From an uncultured virus (IMG/VR IMGVR_UViG_3300020204_000044) (lineage: Duplodnaviria > Heunggongvirae > Uroviricota > Caudoviricetes): DNA of 64,000 nucleotides. Location of the stretch: the IMG/VR virus record IMGVR_UViG_3300020204_000044; one strand, written 5' to 3'. Shown here in pieces: positions 54,746-64,000 of this stretch. Below the pieces are notes generated by a model. That model saw only the letters and a program-made list of their open reading frames with translations, was not told where the DNA came from and ran no database searches. The position numbers and the translations under genes were made by a program. Numbering within the stretch: the first letter of the stretch is position 1; the number at the start of each line of letters is the position of its first letter.

Positions 54746-57700
54746 TCGCGCCAGGCGTAGCAGTTCCCGTAACCTTAAACACATTGATGGCCAGCACGTC
54801 TGGGCCATTCGGGAATGCGCCCCTGCCTCCTAATGCTGTGGTGGTTAATTCTTTCAATTCTACAAGACTTAAATTTGAGATATTTCCTGGATTGGTTACG
54901 AATGAAAATACCTGTTCTCCTGGAAGAGCAAACTGCGGATCGCCAAATTGGAATGTTACTGTGCCTGCGGCACTTACCGAAGAAGTTAATGACTGAGTAA
55001 ATGTAGCACGTATCACCGTCGTAGCACCTAATCTCCTGTTGGTCACTGCAGAAACCGCGGTATTAGCAGGAAACTGTGTGAATGCTGTGGACACTCGTGT
55101 GCCCTGAGAGGCTCCGCTGTTATTCCATGTTGCCTGGGTGAAGAACAAAAAGTTACCAGCGTAAGATGCTGCAGTTCCCGATGCTGTTACTGTGGTTGTG
55201 GTTTGTACGTTGGCTGACTGAGTAGCATTTGCTCCCGAACTCATGACAATCCTGGTAAAGTTAGTTCCGCTAACCCTGGCAAAATTTGTAGTAATACTCT
55301 GTATGGTTTGGCTTGATACTAGGAATGATGCCACACTTAATCTATCACCTATAGCAATGAATGAAGATGCTGCTTCTGCATCAGTGATTAAGAAATCAGT
55401 TCTACCGTTCACGTATGCGCTGGCATAACCAGTTGAAATACTGTTAGTACAAGTCACTGACTGATTGACAAAAGCAGCACTGTTACCGTTAGCGTTGGCG
55501 CTCATCACGATTCTGGTAAATGAGCTTGATAGATAGCCTCGCGTTATGCTGGAAATAGTCTGTCCACCAGTGACAAATGATGCTAGACTTAAACCATCAC
55601 CCACACGCAACGGTGTAGCACCTGCTGTAATTGTATCAAAGGCAGTGTTGGTTATAAAGAAATCATTTTGTGTATTAACAAATGCCTGTGTTCTAAATGT
55701 GTTATTGGCTATGGCTGTCAAGGTCTGAGTAACCGTACTAAAACCACGTGCTGTGATATTTGTAGTCAACGCACCTTGGATAGTTGCTGTGGTTGTAGTC
55801 AACGGCACACCACCCCAGTTGATAGAACCACCCAGTGCGATCTGTGCAAAACTAGGTTGTCCACCTGCAGCAGCACCGCTTAAGCCTGCCCACGTAATAT
55901 TAGTTGGATTAGCAGGGTAGTTTCTCGGATTCAAAATTCCTTCAACAACAATGGCGCCTGTGCCTGTGTCAGTGGTGATAGAAATTTCATTCAACAATAA
56001 CTGCGCTCTGTTCAGTAGATCACGTTCGCCCAAATCACCAACTATAGCATTGGAAACTGAAGGAGCCAATCGTATCATGAATGCTGTCTGTTTAGCAGTT
56101 GTGATACTTAAACCTGTGGCAGCATAGTTAAAAATGTAGCCTCGATCTGAGTCGAACAAGCCGTCAGTCAATAAAGCAGAACCCCAGTGGCTGATAGTTG
56201 GACTGGTTGTACAACTGACCAATGTCACTCCCGCACCTTCTGAGTGTGCTGCTGCTAGACCACCGGAGAAAGTTCTGTTTTGACCAGCGGTAAATGCGAG
56301 GAATGTTGCTGCTCTGGTTAAACTGGTCAATGTGTTACCGGATTTGCCAGAATAAGAAATTAATTCGTTATCTATATACAATGTTCCAGAAGTTGGGAAT
56401 CTCCTAGCATCAGTTAAACGTAAACTAGTTGCTGAACTGTCTATACCTTCTGCAAGTTTACTGACTGCGGATCTATTTTCAACTTCATAGCGCACAGGTA
56501 AATTAGCAGTGCGCATATATGCTTCTGTGTTTACGTTAGAATTTCTTACTTTGTGTAAGAATACAAACTTTCCATCGGCGCCACGTAGCATCCACTCAAT
56601 GAATCCAGCAGCGTACCAAGAATATTGCATACCTAACATCTGCATACGCCATGGCAACATATAATATCCGCTAGGACCTGTTCCGTCTAATTTGTCCATA
56701 TTCCAGTCACTTTGAGGAATATAAAGATCTTCCGTCACACAGATCTTAGCACCAGTAATAGAAGTTGCACCTCTCCAGTCTGGGGTAACTGTCATTGTTG
56801 TGTTATTGGTTATGGTAGTTACCAAATGACTCATACCCCTGATAACTATTTTGTCGCCAACTTTTAATTGTTCTGTGAATCTTGTGCTCGCACCAAATAC
56901 GCTGTTACTATCTGTGGCAATACTAATCGTGCCGGTTAACTGGTTGGTGCTGGATCTTCGGACTACAGCCATTTCTTGTCCGTCATACTGATAGAAAATA
57001 CCGTTTTGTTCATCGAATGCGCCAATACGCACCGTGGCACCGTGCCAGCGTTTTAGTAATATCTTACAATCGGGACCTAGTTGTGCTGTTGTTGTAGTTA
57101 AAGTTACATTTGATCTTACACGGAATCTACGTGCATCAATGATATTTTCAACAGTATAATCACCATTATATTCGAATGACAACATTCCGATGATTTCAAT
57201 CTCGGCGCCTGGTTGTAGACCGTGATCTGTGTCGTCTAGTGTAACTGTGATCAGGCTGTTAATCACAGTTGCTACAGCAGTGGCGCTGGCGATATTATAA
57301 CTAGGCGCAAACAGCCCGCCTGTGGTATACATCATACCTTTACCAGATTGGTAACGGATATATTTTTTACTCTGCCGTATGGCCTGTGCGCCGTGGCTGG
57401 GATTGCCTGTGCCTAACTGTACACCACCGTCAAACGGTCTGTGCGTAAAGAATGCGTCTGGTCTTGCATAAATTACCCCGGTCATGGCCGCAGCGGATGT
57501 ATTAATCGTTCCTGTAGTCCTGGAAGGAAATCTTATAGTAGTGGCTGACGGCACAGCAGTTACCACGTGTGGACCAGTACCTAATTGATGGTTGGCAGAT
57601 GTTAAGTCAATACTTTGGGCTGCGTTGGTGTTACCTACCGCGGCAAATCTTCCAAAGCCTGTATAGGTAGTATAAGCCACTTCTGCCCAATTTGATGTGC

Positions 57701-60700
57701 TAGCCAAGGTCCTCGCAGTAAACGAACCCGTTTCACCGGTGAAAGAAGTCAGTGCAGATGTGCTGCCAGACGCTACAACTAGAAACACGTCATCACCGAA
57801 TGTCACAGCACTCCAAGAGGCACTGCTGGGCAGTGTTGCTGCTGTCCAGACAGTGCCGTTGGTTGAAAATGCTGCGTTAGTTCCTCCAGAGGCAACTGCG
57901 AAGAAGCGATTGTTGCCAAAGGTTAGGCTTGACCAAGTGGTAGATGCTGGTAATGCTCCGGTGGCTATCCAGGATGCTCCGCCGTCTGCAGAATAATTTG
58001 CCAATGTACCGCCAGATGCTATGGCTACAAAGTACACGCTGGTACCGACTAATCCCGCTGCAACATCCGTCCATGTGGTTGAAGAACTTAATGCTCCGCC
58101 TGCCGTCCATGTTTGTCCACCGTCTGTGGAAAATGCTGTGGCAGTACCGCCCGAGGCTATAGCCACGAATCTACCGTCTCCAAAAGTAACTGACACCCAG
58201 TTAGCTGAGGATGGTAGTGTTGCTGCTGTCCAGGTCTGTCCTCCATTAGCCGACCATGCTGCGGCATTGGATGTTGTCGTTGCTACTGCTACGAAATAAT
58301 TTGTAGATCCGACAGTTCCTGCTGCCACAGATCTCCAGGCAGCACCTGAAGGCATATTTCCACCTGCCGACCAAGTTTGACCATCAGTCGATCTAGCAGA
58401 GGTAACTGAACTTGATAATACTGCTGTATAAACACCTCCCAGGCCTGCTATCCCTGTCCATGTGCCCGATGCCGGCAAGGTTCTGGCCTGCGCGGCAAAT
58501 TCTGGGGCAGGTTGAGAAGTGACCTGTGTCAATATTGTAGTGCCAGGCACGAGTCCATGCGCTGAAGTAAAATCAACCTGTACTGTAGCAATAGCACCGG
58601 TGTTAAGCACTGTGCCATCTAAAATTGTTCCGGTTACTGCTTCACTGATGCTTAGGGTAGAATAAATCGCTATAGGATCACCTGCATATGGTGTTCCTTC
58701 TGCGGTTATGGTGGTGATTACACCAGCACTTATTCCTGTGACCCTTACAATACAATCATTCGAAGGACTGGCACCATCCAATGCTGTGCCTAAAATTCTA
58801 ATACGATTACCAACTTGATACCCACTACCACCGTCGCCTGCTAATGCTATAGTTGCTGTATATGTTCCGTTTTCTCTTTCAATATCAAATTCTGCATCAG
58901 AACCTAATGCGGGAATATTTGCTGCTCCCTCTGATGGATAAGTAGCATCACCAGTATCTCCTATCGGTGATCCAACGATTTCAAAATCTACTACATTTTG
59001 ATTGGGGAATCCTACTCCGTTAATTTGTATGACAATATTATTGTCTGGGTTGGATCCTCCTAGGTCTGTACCTGAGAAAGTTACCGTATCACCGGGATTA
59101 TATAATGTTCCACCTGCAGCCAAGGTTACTTCATATGCTCCCGTGCCGCCGGTTCTTACCACGTCAATTAAAAATCCGCTGCCGCCACCCGTGGTTGAGC
59201 TCTGGGCCACATTGGTATAAGTAGCGCCTCCGGAAATCGCTGTGCCGGTAAAGTTGAATGTATCGATAGCACCGCCCGAATCAACTCCTGTAACAACAAT
59301 TATTATATCATTGGCTGGCGTTGCACCGCCGACATCAGTGCCCAATATTAATAGATTGTCGCCTTCGGCATAATTAATACCGTTTGACGAACTATCCCCA
59401 GCGTCTGTTACTGTATAAATGCCTGCGCTGCGAAATATGTCAAAGGTCGCACCGGTACCAATAGGTGCGATATTTGTGCCTGTGACCGTAAGATTAGTTG
59501 CATTGGCGCCGATATACGTTGCCCCAATTGCTGTTGATAGTGTAAGTTGATTACCGGCAATAGAATTGATAAAGGCAGCAGATCCAGCAGCATCTATGGC
59601 CATCTGTTGTTGCACACCGGTTAAATCGACCAATGTAATTGTTGTATCTGAAGGTGATGTTACACTATCTCTTATGTTTGCATTGACTGTGCCAGATCCG
59701 ACCACACCTGCTACTGATGTACCACCGGGGATATTAGGAGATCCTGAAATAGGAGAACCTACTGTAGGCGCTGTCCCATCAAATGCAATAGAAAAACTGC
59801 CGGTTAGTGTATCAAACTTTGATGTTACTGTGCTGCTTGATCCATTACTAAAAACAGAAAATGTTGGCTGTCCGATCGAAGCGCCGGTAAAAAACCCTGC
59901 TTGCCTGATCTGTGTAAAAGTAGTTAGAAGGCTGTCACCGCTATTTGTGCCTACCTTGGCGCTTGAAAAATAGGTAAAACTAACTGAACTAGGAATGCTG
60001 TAAATTAAAAAAGAACCTTCTGCTCGAGCAAATCCCGAAATAGCGGCATTCAATCCTTTTACAGTTATGGGTTGAGCGACTGAAAATCCATGAACACCGC
60101 TGGTAGTTACAGTAATCAATGAAGAACCAAACCCACCGGTATTCACTGATGCATCAGTGATGACATTACTAATTCCTAAGTCTGTTCCTGGAATTTCATA
60201 AACAGACGGGTACATACGTATCGTACCCAATGCCTGCCACTTAGTAGGCTGTAGTCCATATTCAAAGTCAGCGTCAAGCATGGCCTGCGGTGCAGCCACA
60301 CGCATACGCTCAATAGCATCTGTGCCAAATTCCCAAGGACGAATCGTCTGTGCTGCTTCTTCTACAAATATCTGTAATTCAGTAGCAGAAGAAAGATTGC
60401 TGGTATCTGTGCTAAGATTCAAAGTAGTTATGCTATCGTTAGCCTGATACCAAGATGGAAAGTCAACGTCACTGAGCAGTTGCCCATCGCTGCTGCTACG
60501 ACCTTGTTTATATGTTACTGTGATTGAGTTATTAGCATCAGCAAAATTATAAAGTATTTCGCCGCTATTGGTGTTTGTAATCAATAAAATAGAACTTACA
60601 TCTATCTGACCAATTAATCTAATAGAAGATACCCCAGTAACTTTTACAGGCATCGCCGGGATACCATTGGTGATCACATCTGTGAATATATTCCATAATG

Positions 60701-61175
60701 TGGTATTTCTTGAACTTGCTCCAGATTCTGCGTTTTGTCCTAGGATAAAAGCCTGCGGTACGGTGTTACCATATCCTGGACTCACTGCTGTATTAGTAAA
60801 AATAAAACTGTTGATGATAGTTCTGAGATATGTCTGGGCGGTTGTTTCTGGAGTGACATCGCCTCGGATTTGTGGTTCGCCATCGATCCAGAAGTAGTCT
60901 GCTACCTGGCGGGATTGAACGTTACCACCGTATCTAAGATCGTGTAAGATCGCATCAATAAAAAATCCTACATCGCGAGTACATTTTTGACTGGCATAGG
61001 CGTAGCCTATATAAGGGGCTACATTATTTGCGATTTGATCGTTGATGAATGCTACTACTTGATTCTGTAAAAAAGTTTTGTTAGCGGCTAGTAATGCTAC
61101 GGCCTTGGGGTATAGGTTATCATCTTTGCTGATACCTGGTTCAAATACATAATATTTTAACTGTTTCTTTGCCAT
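54714..61175 (-). CDS. 2153-aa virion fibre/appendage-like protein
   Basis: Thr/Gly/Ser-rich, internal repeats, beta-propeller repeats, tail gene context. Confidence 0.75.
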   Translation of the reverse strand: MAKKQLKYYVFEPGISKDDNLYPKAVALLAANKTFLQNQVVAFINDQIANNVAPYIGYAYASQKCTRDVGFFIDAILHDLRYGGNVQSRQVADYFWIDGEPQIRGDVTPETTAQTYLRTIINSFIFTNTAVSPGYGNTVPQAFILGQNAESGASSRNTTLWNIFTDVITNGIPAMPVKVTGVSSIRLIGQIDVSSILLITNTNSGEILYNFADANNSITVTYKQGRSSSDGQLLSDVDFPSWYQANDSITTLNLSTDTSNLSSATELQIFVEEAAQTIRPWEFGTDAIERMRVAAPQAMLDADFEYGLQPTKWQALGTIRMYPSVYEIPGTDLGISNVITDASVNTGGFGSSLITVTTSGVHGFSVAQPITVKGLNAAISGFARAEGSFLIYSIPSSVSFTYFSSAKVGTNSGDSLLTTFTQIRQAGFFTGASIGQPTFSVFSNGSSSTVTSKFDTLTGSFSIAFDGTAPTVGSPISGSPNIPGGTSVAGVVGSGTVNANIRDSVTSPSDTTITLVDLTGVQQQMAIDAAGSAAFINSIAGNQLTLSTAIGATYIGANATNLTVTGTNIAPIGTGATFDIFRSAGIYTVTDAGDSSSNGINYAEGDNLLILGTDVGGATPANDIIIVVTGVDSGGAIDTFNFTGTAISGGATYTNVAQSSTTGGGSGFLIDVVRTGGTGAYEVTLAAGGTLYNPGDTVTFSGTDLGGSNPDNNIVIQINGVGFPNQNVVDFEIVGSPIGDTGDATYPSEGAANIPALGSDAEFDIERENGTYTATIALAGDGGSGYQVGNRIRILGTALDGASPSNDCIVRVTGISAGVITTITAEGTPYAGDPIAIYSTLSISEAVTGTILDGTVLNTGAIATVQVDFTSAHGLVPGTTILTQVTSQPAPEFAAQARTLPASGTWTGIAGLGGVYTAVLSSSVTSARSTDGQTWSAGGNMPSGAAWRSVAAGTVGSTNYFVAVATTTSNAAAWSANGGQTWTAATLPSSANWVSVTFGDGRFVAIASGGTATAFSTDGGQTWTAGGALSSSTTWTDVAAGLVGTSVYFVAIASGGTLANYSADGGASWIATGALPASTTWSSLTFGNNRFFAVASGGTNAAFSTNGTVWTAATLPSSASWSAVTFGDDVFLVVASGSTSALTSFTGETGSFTARTLASTSNWAEVAYTTYTGFGRFAAVGNTNAAQSIDLTSANHQLGTGPHVVTAVPSATTIRFPSRTTGTINTSAAAMTGVIYARPDAFFTHRPFDGGVQLGTGNPSHGAQAIRQSKKYIRYQSGKGMMYTTGGLFAPSYNIASATAVATVINSLITVTLDDTDHGLQPGAEIEIIGMLSFEYNGDYTVENIIDARRFRVRSNVTLTTTTAQLGPDCKILLKRWHGATVRIGAFDEQNGIFYQYDGQEMAVVRRSSTNQLTGTISIATDSNSVFGASTRFTEQLKVGDKIVIRGMSHLVTTITNNTTMTVTPDWRGATSITGAKICVTEDLYIPQSDWNMDKLDGTGPSGYYMLPWRMQMLGMQYSWYAAGFIEWMLRGADGKFVFLHKVRNSNVNTEAYMRTANLPVRYEVENRSAVSKLAEGIDSSATSLRLTDARRFPTSGTLYIDNELISYSGKSGNTLTSLTRAATFLAFTAGQNRTFSGGLAAAHSEGAGVTLVSCTTSPTISHWGSALLTDGLFDSDRGYIFNYAATGLSITTAKQTAFMIRLAPSVSNAIVGDLGERDLLNRAQLLLNEISITTDTGTGAIVVEGILNPRNYPANPTNITWAGLSGAAAGGQPSFAQIALGGSINWGGVPLTTTTATIQGALTTNITARGFSTVTQTLTAIANNTFRTQAFVNTQNDFFITNTAFDTITAGATPLRVGDGLSLASFVTGGQTISSITRGYLSSSFTRIVMSANANGNSAAFVNQSVTCTNSISTGYASAYVNGRTDFLITDAEAASSFIAIGDRLSVASFLVSSQTIQSITTNFARVSGTNFTRIVMSSGANATQSANVQTTTTVTASGTAASYAGNFLFFTQATWNNSGASQGTRVSTAFTQFPANTAVSAVTNRRLGATTVIRATFTQSLTSSVSAAGTVTFQFGDPQFALPGEQVFSFVTNPGNISNLSLVELKELTTTALGGRGAFPNGPDVLAINVFKVTGTATPGAIILRWGEAQA
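57630..58480 (-). repeat. About 6-7 BNR/Asp-box-like propeller repeats within the fibre protein
   Basis: Repeated W..V.FG...FVA.A......A.S.DG..WT...LP. Confidence 0.8.
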
Positions 61176-61187
61176 TTATTCTTTTCC

Positions 61188-61784
61188 TTATGCCCCGAAG
61201 GCGATAGCGAATGCTGAAATTCTTGCGTCTACATAATCTTTTCTTGTGGCATGCGTACTCAATGATGGTGTATTGCCCAATGTTAAATCACCATCAACGC
61301 TCAGATCGTCAGTGATTGATGCATTTCCCTGCACAGACAATTCACCAGAACTATCCCCTGGGCCAACATTCAATGATGTAAAGTTTCCTGCTGCGGGATT
61401 TTGAAGACCGATTTCTATATTGTCCATACGACCGACCGCAGCAAAACTTTCTATTTCTACGTGGCCATTGACCACACTGAAATACGGTGATGATCCCTGA
61501 GCGATTCTAAGATCTCCGTCAATGTTGAGAAATTCAAGTGTTCCTAATCTTGTGAGCGAACTACCTATGATCTGGCTGCCTAACGCTACCAATGATGATT
61601 CATCGAAATCCGCTTCTATTAATTGTATATTTTTTACATATATCTGATCGGCACGCAGTATGCTTTCTTGGCCTTGGCCACCTACTTCTAATGCTCTGAC
61701 CTGCACATTACCTAATTCGTCGACAGTAAATCCCGGACTACGAAAGCCGCTTTTAGACTCGAAAGGTATGTAATTTATTGACAT
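61188..61784 (-). CDS. Putative virion protein
   Basis: SSLT.LGTL..L, IG...PAAG.FT, HATRKDYVD fibre-type motifs. Confidence 0.6.
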   Translation of the reverse strand: MSINYIPFESKSGFRSPGFTVDELGNVQVRALEVGGQGQESILRADQIYVKNIQLIEADFDESSLVALGSQIIGSSLTRLGTLEFLNIDGDLRIAQGSSPYFSVVNGHVEIESFAAVGRMDNIEIGLQNPAAGNFTSLNVGPGDSSGELSVQGNASITDDLSVDGDLTLGNTPSLSTHATRKDYVDARISAFAIAFGA

Positions 61785-61853
61785 TTAGATCTCCGCTATC
61801 ACACCAACAACGACTACTACAAAGACTACGATAGTATTTAGTCTAGGTATCTG

Positions 61854-62291
61854 TTAATACTGTACTAGATTGTTTACGGTATAATAATAGTTCGCGCTGA
61901 ATATCACCTTCGCTCCGGCCAATAACGTAGAATTATCATAGGTGCTGTCAGTAGGACTAGTAGCGCCTCTTATCGTGACCGTGCATTTTGATGCTGTTAC
62001 TACTACATTTAGATCGATTAGATTTTCATTGAGATTGGTTCTGCCATATACCGTGACTGCAGCAGACTCAGGACCCGCTACCACTAGTGCCTTGATCATT
62101 TCTTTTCTGGTATTGCCCGCATCTATGACTATGGTATATTCCGCAGACATAAAGTCTCCTACATAAAATTCGTCCAATACAGCATTTTCAGTGAACAGAA
62201 TCCACGGGCCTTTATAGGAGAAATTTACTCCATTCTGCAATCGAAGAGTATTTTTTATACCCTGTAAGAAAAAGTTAGCGAAATTTAACAT
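61854..62291 (-). CDS. Putative virion protein
   Basis: LD.F....F.SAEY.I..., YG pattern; TAAATA upstream. Confidence 0.55.
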   Translation of the reverse strand: MLNFANFFLQGIKNTLRLQNGVNFSYKGPWILFTENAVLDEFYVGDFMSAEYTIVIDAGNTRKEMIKALVVAGPESAAVTVYGRTNLNENLIDLNVVVTASKCTVTIRGATSPTDSTYDNSTLLAGAKVIFSANYYYTVNNLVQY

Positions 62292-62335
62292 AAGAGATCC
62301 GATCTATAGTGTATTTACCATAGAGCGGATCTTGT

Positions 62336-64000
62336 TTAGTTTGGTATTTTTACTAATTTACCGTACTCTGGAAGATAGAGATATTCGATATCGGATTTTT
62401 CCAGCGTCCACAGCGCATCATCGAGAGTTTCCACTAAAGGCTCGCCACCGAGATTGAAACTGGTATTAAACACTATAGGAATTCCAGTTTCATCTTTGAA
62501 AGCCTTGATTAGATCGTGGTAGTGTGGATTCTGCTCTCTGTTAACTGTCTGTATGCGGCAGGTACCATCTTCATGTATGATCGAAGGAATCTTTTCGGCG
62601 ATGCCCGGTTGGCAATTGACAGCATACATCATGAACGGTGAGTTTTTCATCCCTCTGAGGTCGAACCATTCGTGTACATCTTCTTCTAAGACAGATCCTG
62701 CGAACGGACGGAAGTACTCTCTACGTTTGACCATATTGACATAATCTTTGCCGTCGGGGAATGTGGGATCAAACAGCACAGATCTATTACCCAATGCTCT
62801 AGGACCGTTTTCTGATCGACCTTGGAATATGGTCACGATATTCTTTTCACGTAGCAGTTTAACGATGTCTTTGTGTGCAGCATCGACAACTGTAGCGTCT
62901 TTGATCGCAGCAACCTTGCTTTCGATTTCTTCGTTGGTGTAACAATATGAAGGTCCGAGATACAGCGTGTCGTGTACACGGATAGTTTCATCATTTTGCA
63001 TTCCGTACCAAAACATCAGAGCAGCGCCAATCGCGGTGCCTGCATCGTTCGAAATAGGTTCGACATAAAAATTGATGCCTTCTTTTTCGAGTTCTGCGAG
63101 ATAATAATAATTGGCCACGCAATTGAGTCCATATCCCCCGCTGAGCACGACATTTTTACGCCCTGTCCGTTTGACCGCGTCTTTGATCAATTTAAGTACC
63201 TGCTCCTGGGTCTGTGTCTGCACCGCGTAGGCCATGTCTCTCCGGCTCTGTAGATAAGTGACATCATCGCCGGGGGCCTGAGGCATTTCATCTAGCCCGT
63301 CGAACAGATATCCGTTAACCATGGCACTCATTGGATACTTAGGAACAAATAAATTCCTGTTTGTTAAAGGAATCTTAGATGTCTCATCAAACAATGGTGG
63401 GATTTTATCGTTAGGTCTGCCGTAGGGAAACAGTCCCATGGTTTTTCCGGCCTCGATCGCTGAAAATCCGCAGTATTCTGTCACTGCTTCATAGGCCTTG
63501 ACTATACCTGCATGGTCAGTGACCCATGCTTCGTGCGTATCACCGTCTTCTCCTAGATTGTTGCTAGGAAAATTAGACAGATACGCTCCAGCGATAGGCT
63601 CTTTGGTGCCGTAGTGTTTGTATAATGTTTTGAACTCTGCAGGATAATCACAGTTCACAATCGACTCAACTTCCCATACCCAGATCGGCATTTCGTTGTA
63701 AGACATCTGATAAAACGTTCCTGCTCCGTCAACCACTACGCTGACCGCATCTTTGAATCCGCTGCGATAAAAAGCGCAGGCAGAATGTAATTTATGATGC
63801 ATGAAACTTAGATCGATCACTTGCGGATGGCGATGCAGATCCTTGACCTTGCGATCTATGAGATTCAACTTTCTCGCTAGACCAGTATATACATCGTCAC
63901 CTGTATAGTCTATCTTACCAGCCGTTTCATAGAGATTCTGTGTATGCGCGATTATCAAATAATCTAGTTTATCTGTGTATTCTAAAATTTTAACCATCGA
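62336..64000 (-). CDS. NodU/CmcH-family O-carbamoyltransferase, 5' end outside window
   Basis: HHKLH, VVDGAG, GKTMGL.PYG, SGGYGLNC.AN, DAGTAIG, SE.GPRALGNRS, KRRE.FRPFA, DGTCRIQTV, NTSFNL.GEP. Confidence 0.93.
   Translation of the reverse strand, partial: SMVKILEYTDKLDYLIIAHTQNLYETAGKIDYTGDDVYTGLARKLNLIDRKVKDLHRHPQVIDLSFMHHKLHSACAFYRSGFKDAVSVVVDGAGTFYQMSYNEMPIWVWEVESIVNCDYPAEFKTLYKHYGTKEPIAGAYLSNFPSNNLGEDGDTHEAWVTDHAGIVKAYEAVTEYCGFSAIEAGKTMGLFPYGRPNDKIPPLFDETSKIPLTNRNLFVPKYPMSAMVNGYLFDGLDEMPQAPGDDVTYLQSRRDMAYAVQTQTQEQVLKLIKDAVKRTGRKNVVLSGGYGLNCVANYYYLAELEKEGINFYVEPISNDAGTAIGAALMFWYGMQNDETIRVHDTLYLGPSYCYTNEEIESKVAAIKDATVVDAAHKDIVKLLREKNIVTIFQGRSENGPRALGNRSVLFDPTFPDGKDYVNMVKRREYFRPFAGSVLEEDVHEWFDLRGMKNSPFMMYAVNCQPGIAEKIPSIIHEDGTCRIQTVNREQNPHYHDLIKAFKDETGIPIVFNTSFNLGGEPLVETLDDALWTLEKSDIEYLYLPEYGKLVKIPN

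Noticed and set aside
1..64000. Stop-codon reassignment, tRNA or rRNA genes
   Set aside because: Core genes are full length in the standard code with all three stops in use; no cloverleaf or rRNA-like tract seen by eye (tRNAscan not run).

Overview
Fragment of a large T4-superfamily myovirus genome in the standard genetic code. The host is probably a proteobacterium (inferred from consensus sigma70 promoters, a YccA/BI-1 gene and a signal-peptide Ala/Lys protein). Layout: (1) 1-2.3 kb, small early genes behind repeated near-perfect sigma70 promoters; (2) 2.3-8.4 kb, accessory genes (three SGNH-like proteins, a 2OG-Fe(II) oxygenase, Bax-inhibitor-1, a Pol-beta-type nucleotidyltransferase); (3) 8.6-20.5 kb, replication genes (gp41 helicase, gp61 primase, a 191-aa minimal DnaE-like polymerase core, possible gp62, UvsW) with a half carbamoyltransferase; (4) 20.6-33.9 kb, a 13-kb glycan synthesis and decoration island; (5) 33.9-36.7 kb, UvsY/UvsX/gp32; (6) 37-62 kb, packaging, head, neck and tail genes and a 2153-aa fibre-like protein; (7) a NodU-type carbamoyltransferase running off the right end. 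The most unusual signals are: a first 754 nt with no TC and almost no CC on the + strand, ending at a 20-bp palindrome, in a genome otherwise rich in GATC; a recurrent TAAATA-N5-ATG pattern implying leaderless late mRNAs; a late-expressed nucleotidyltransferase with a capsid-targeting-like N-terminus; the mini-DnaE; and the glycan island. Family calls come from motif recognition only, as no database searches were run. No tRNA, rRNA or CRISPR array was seen.
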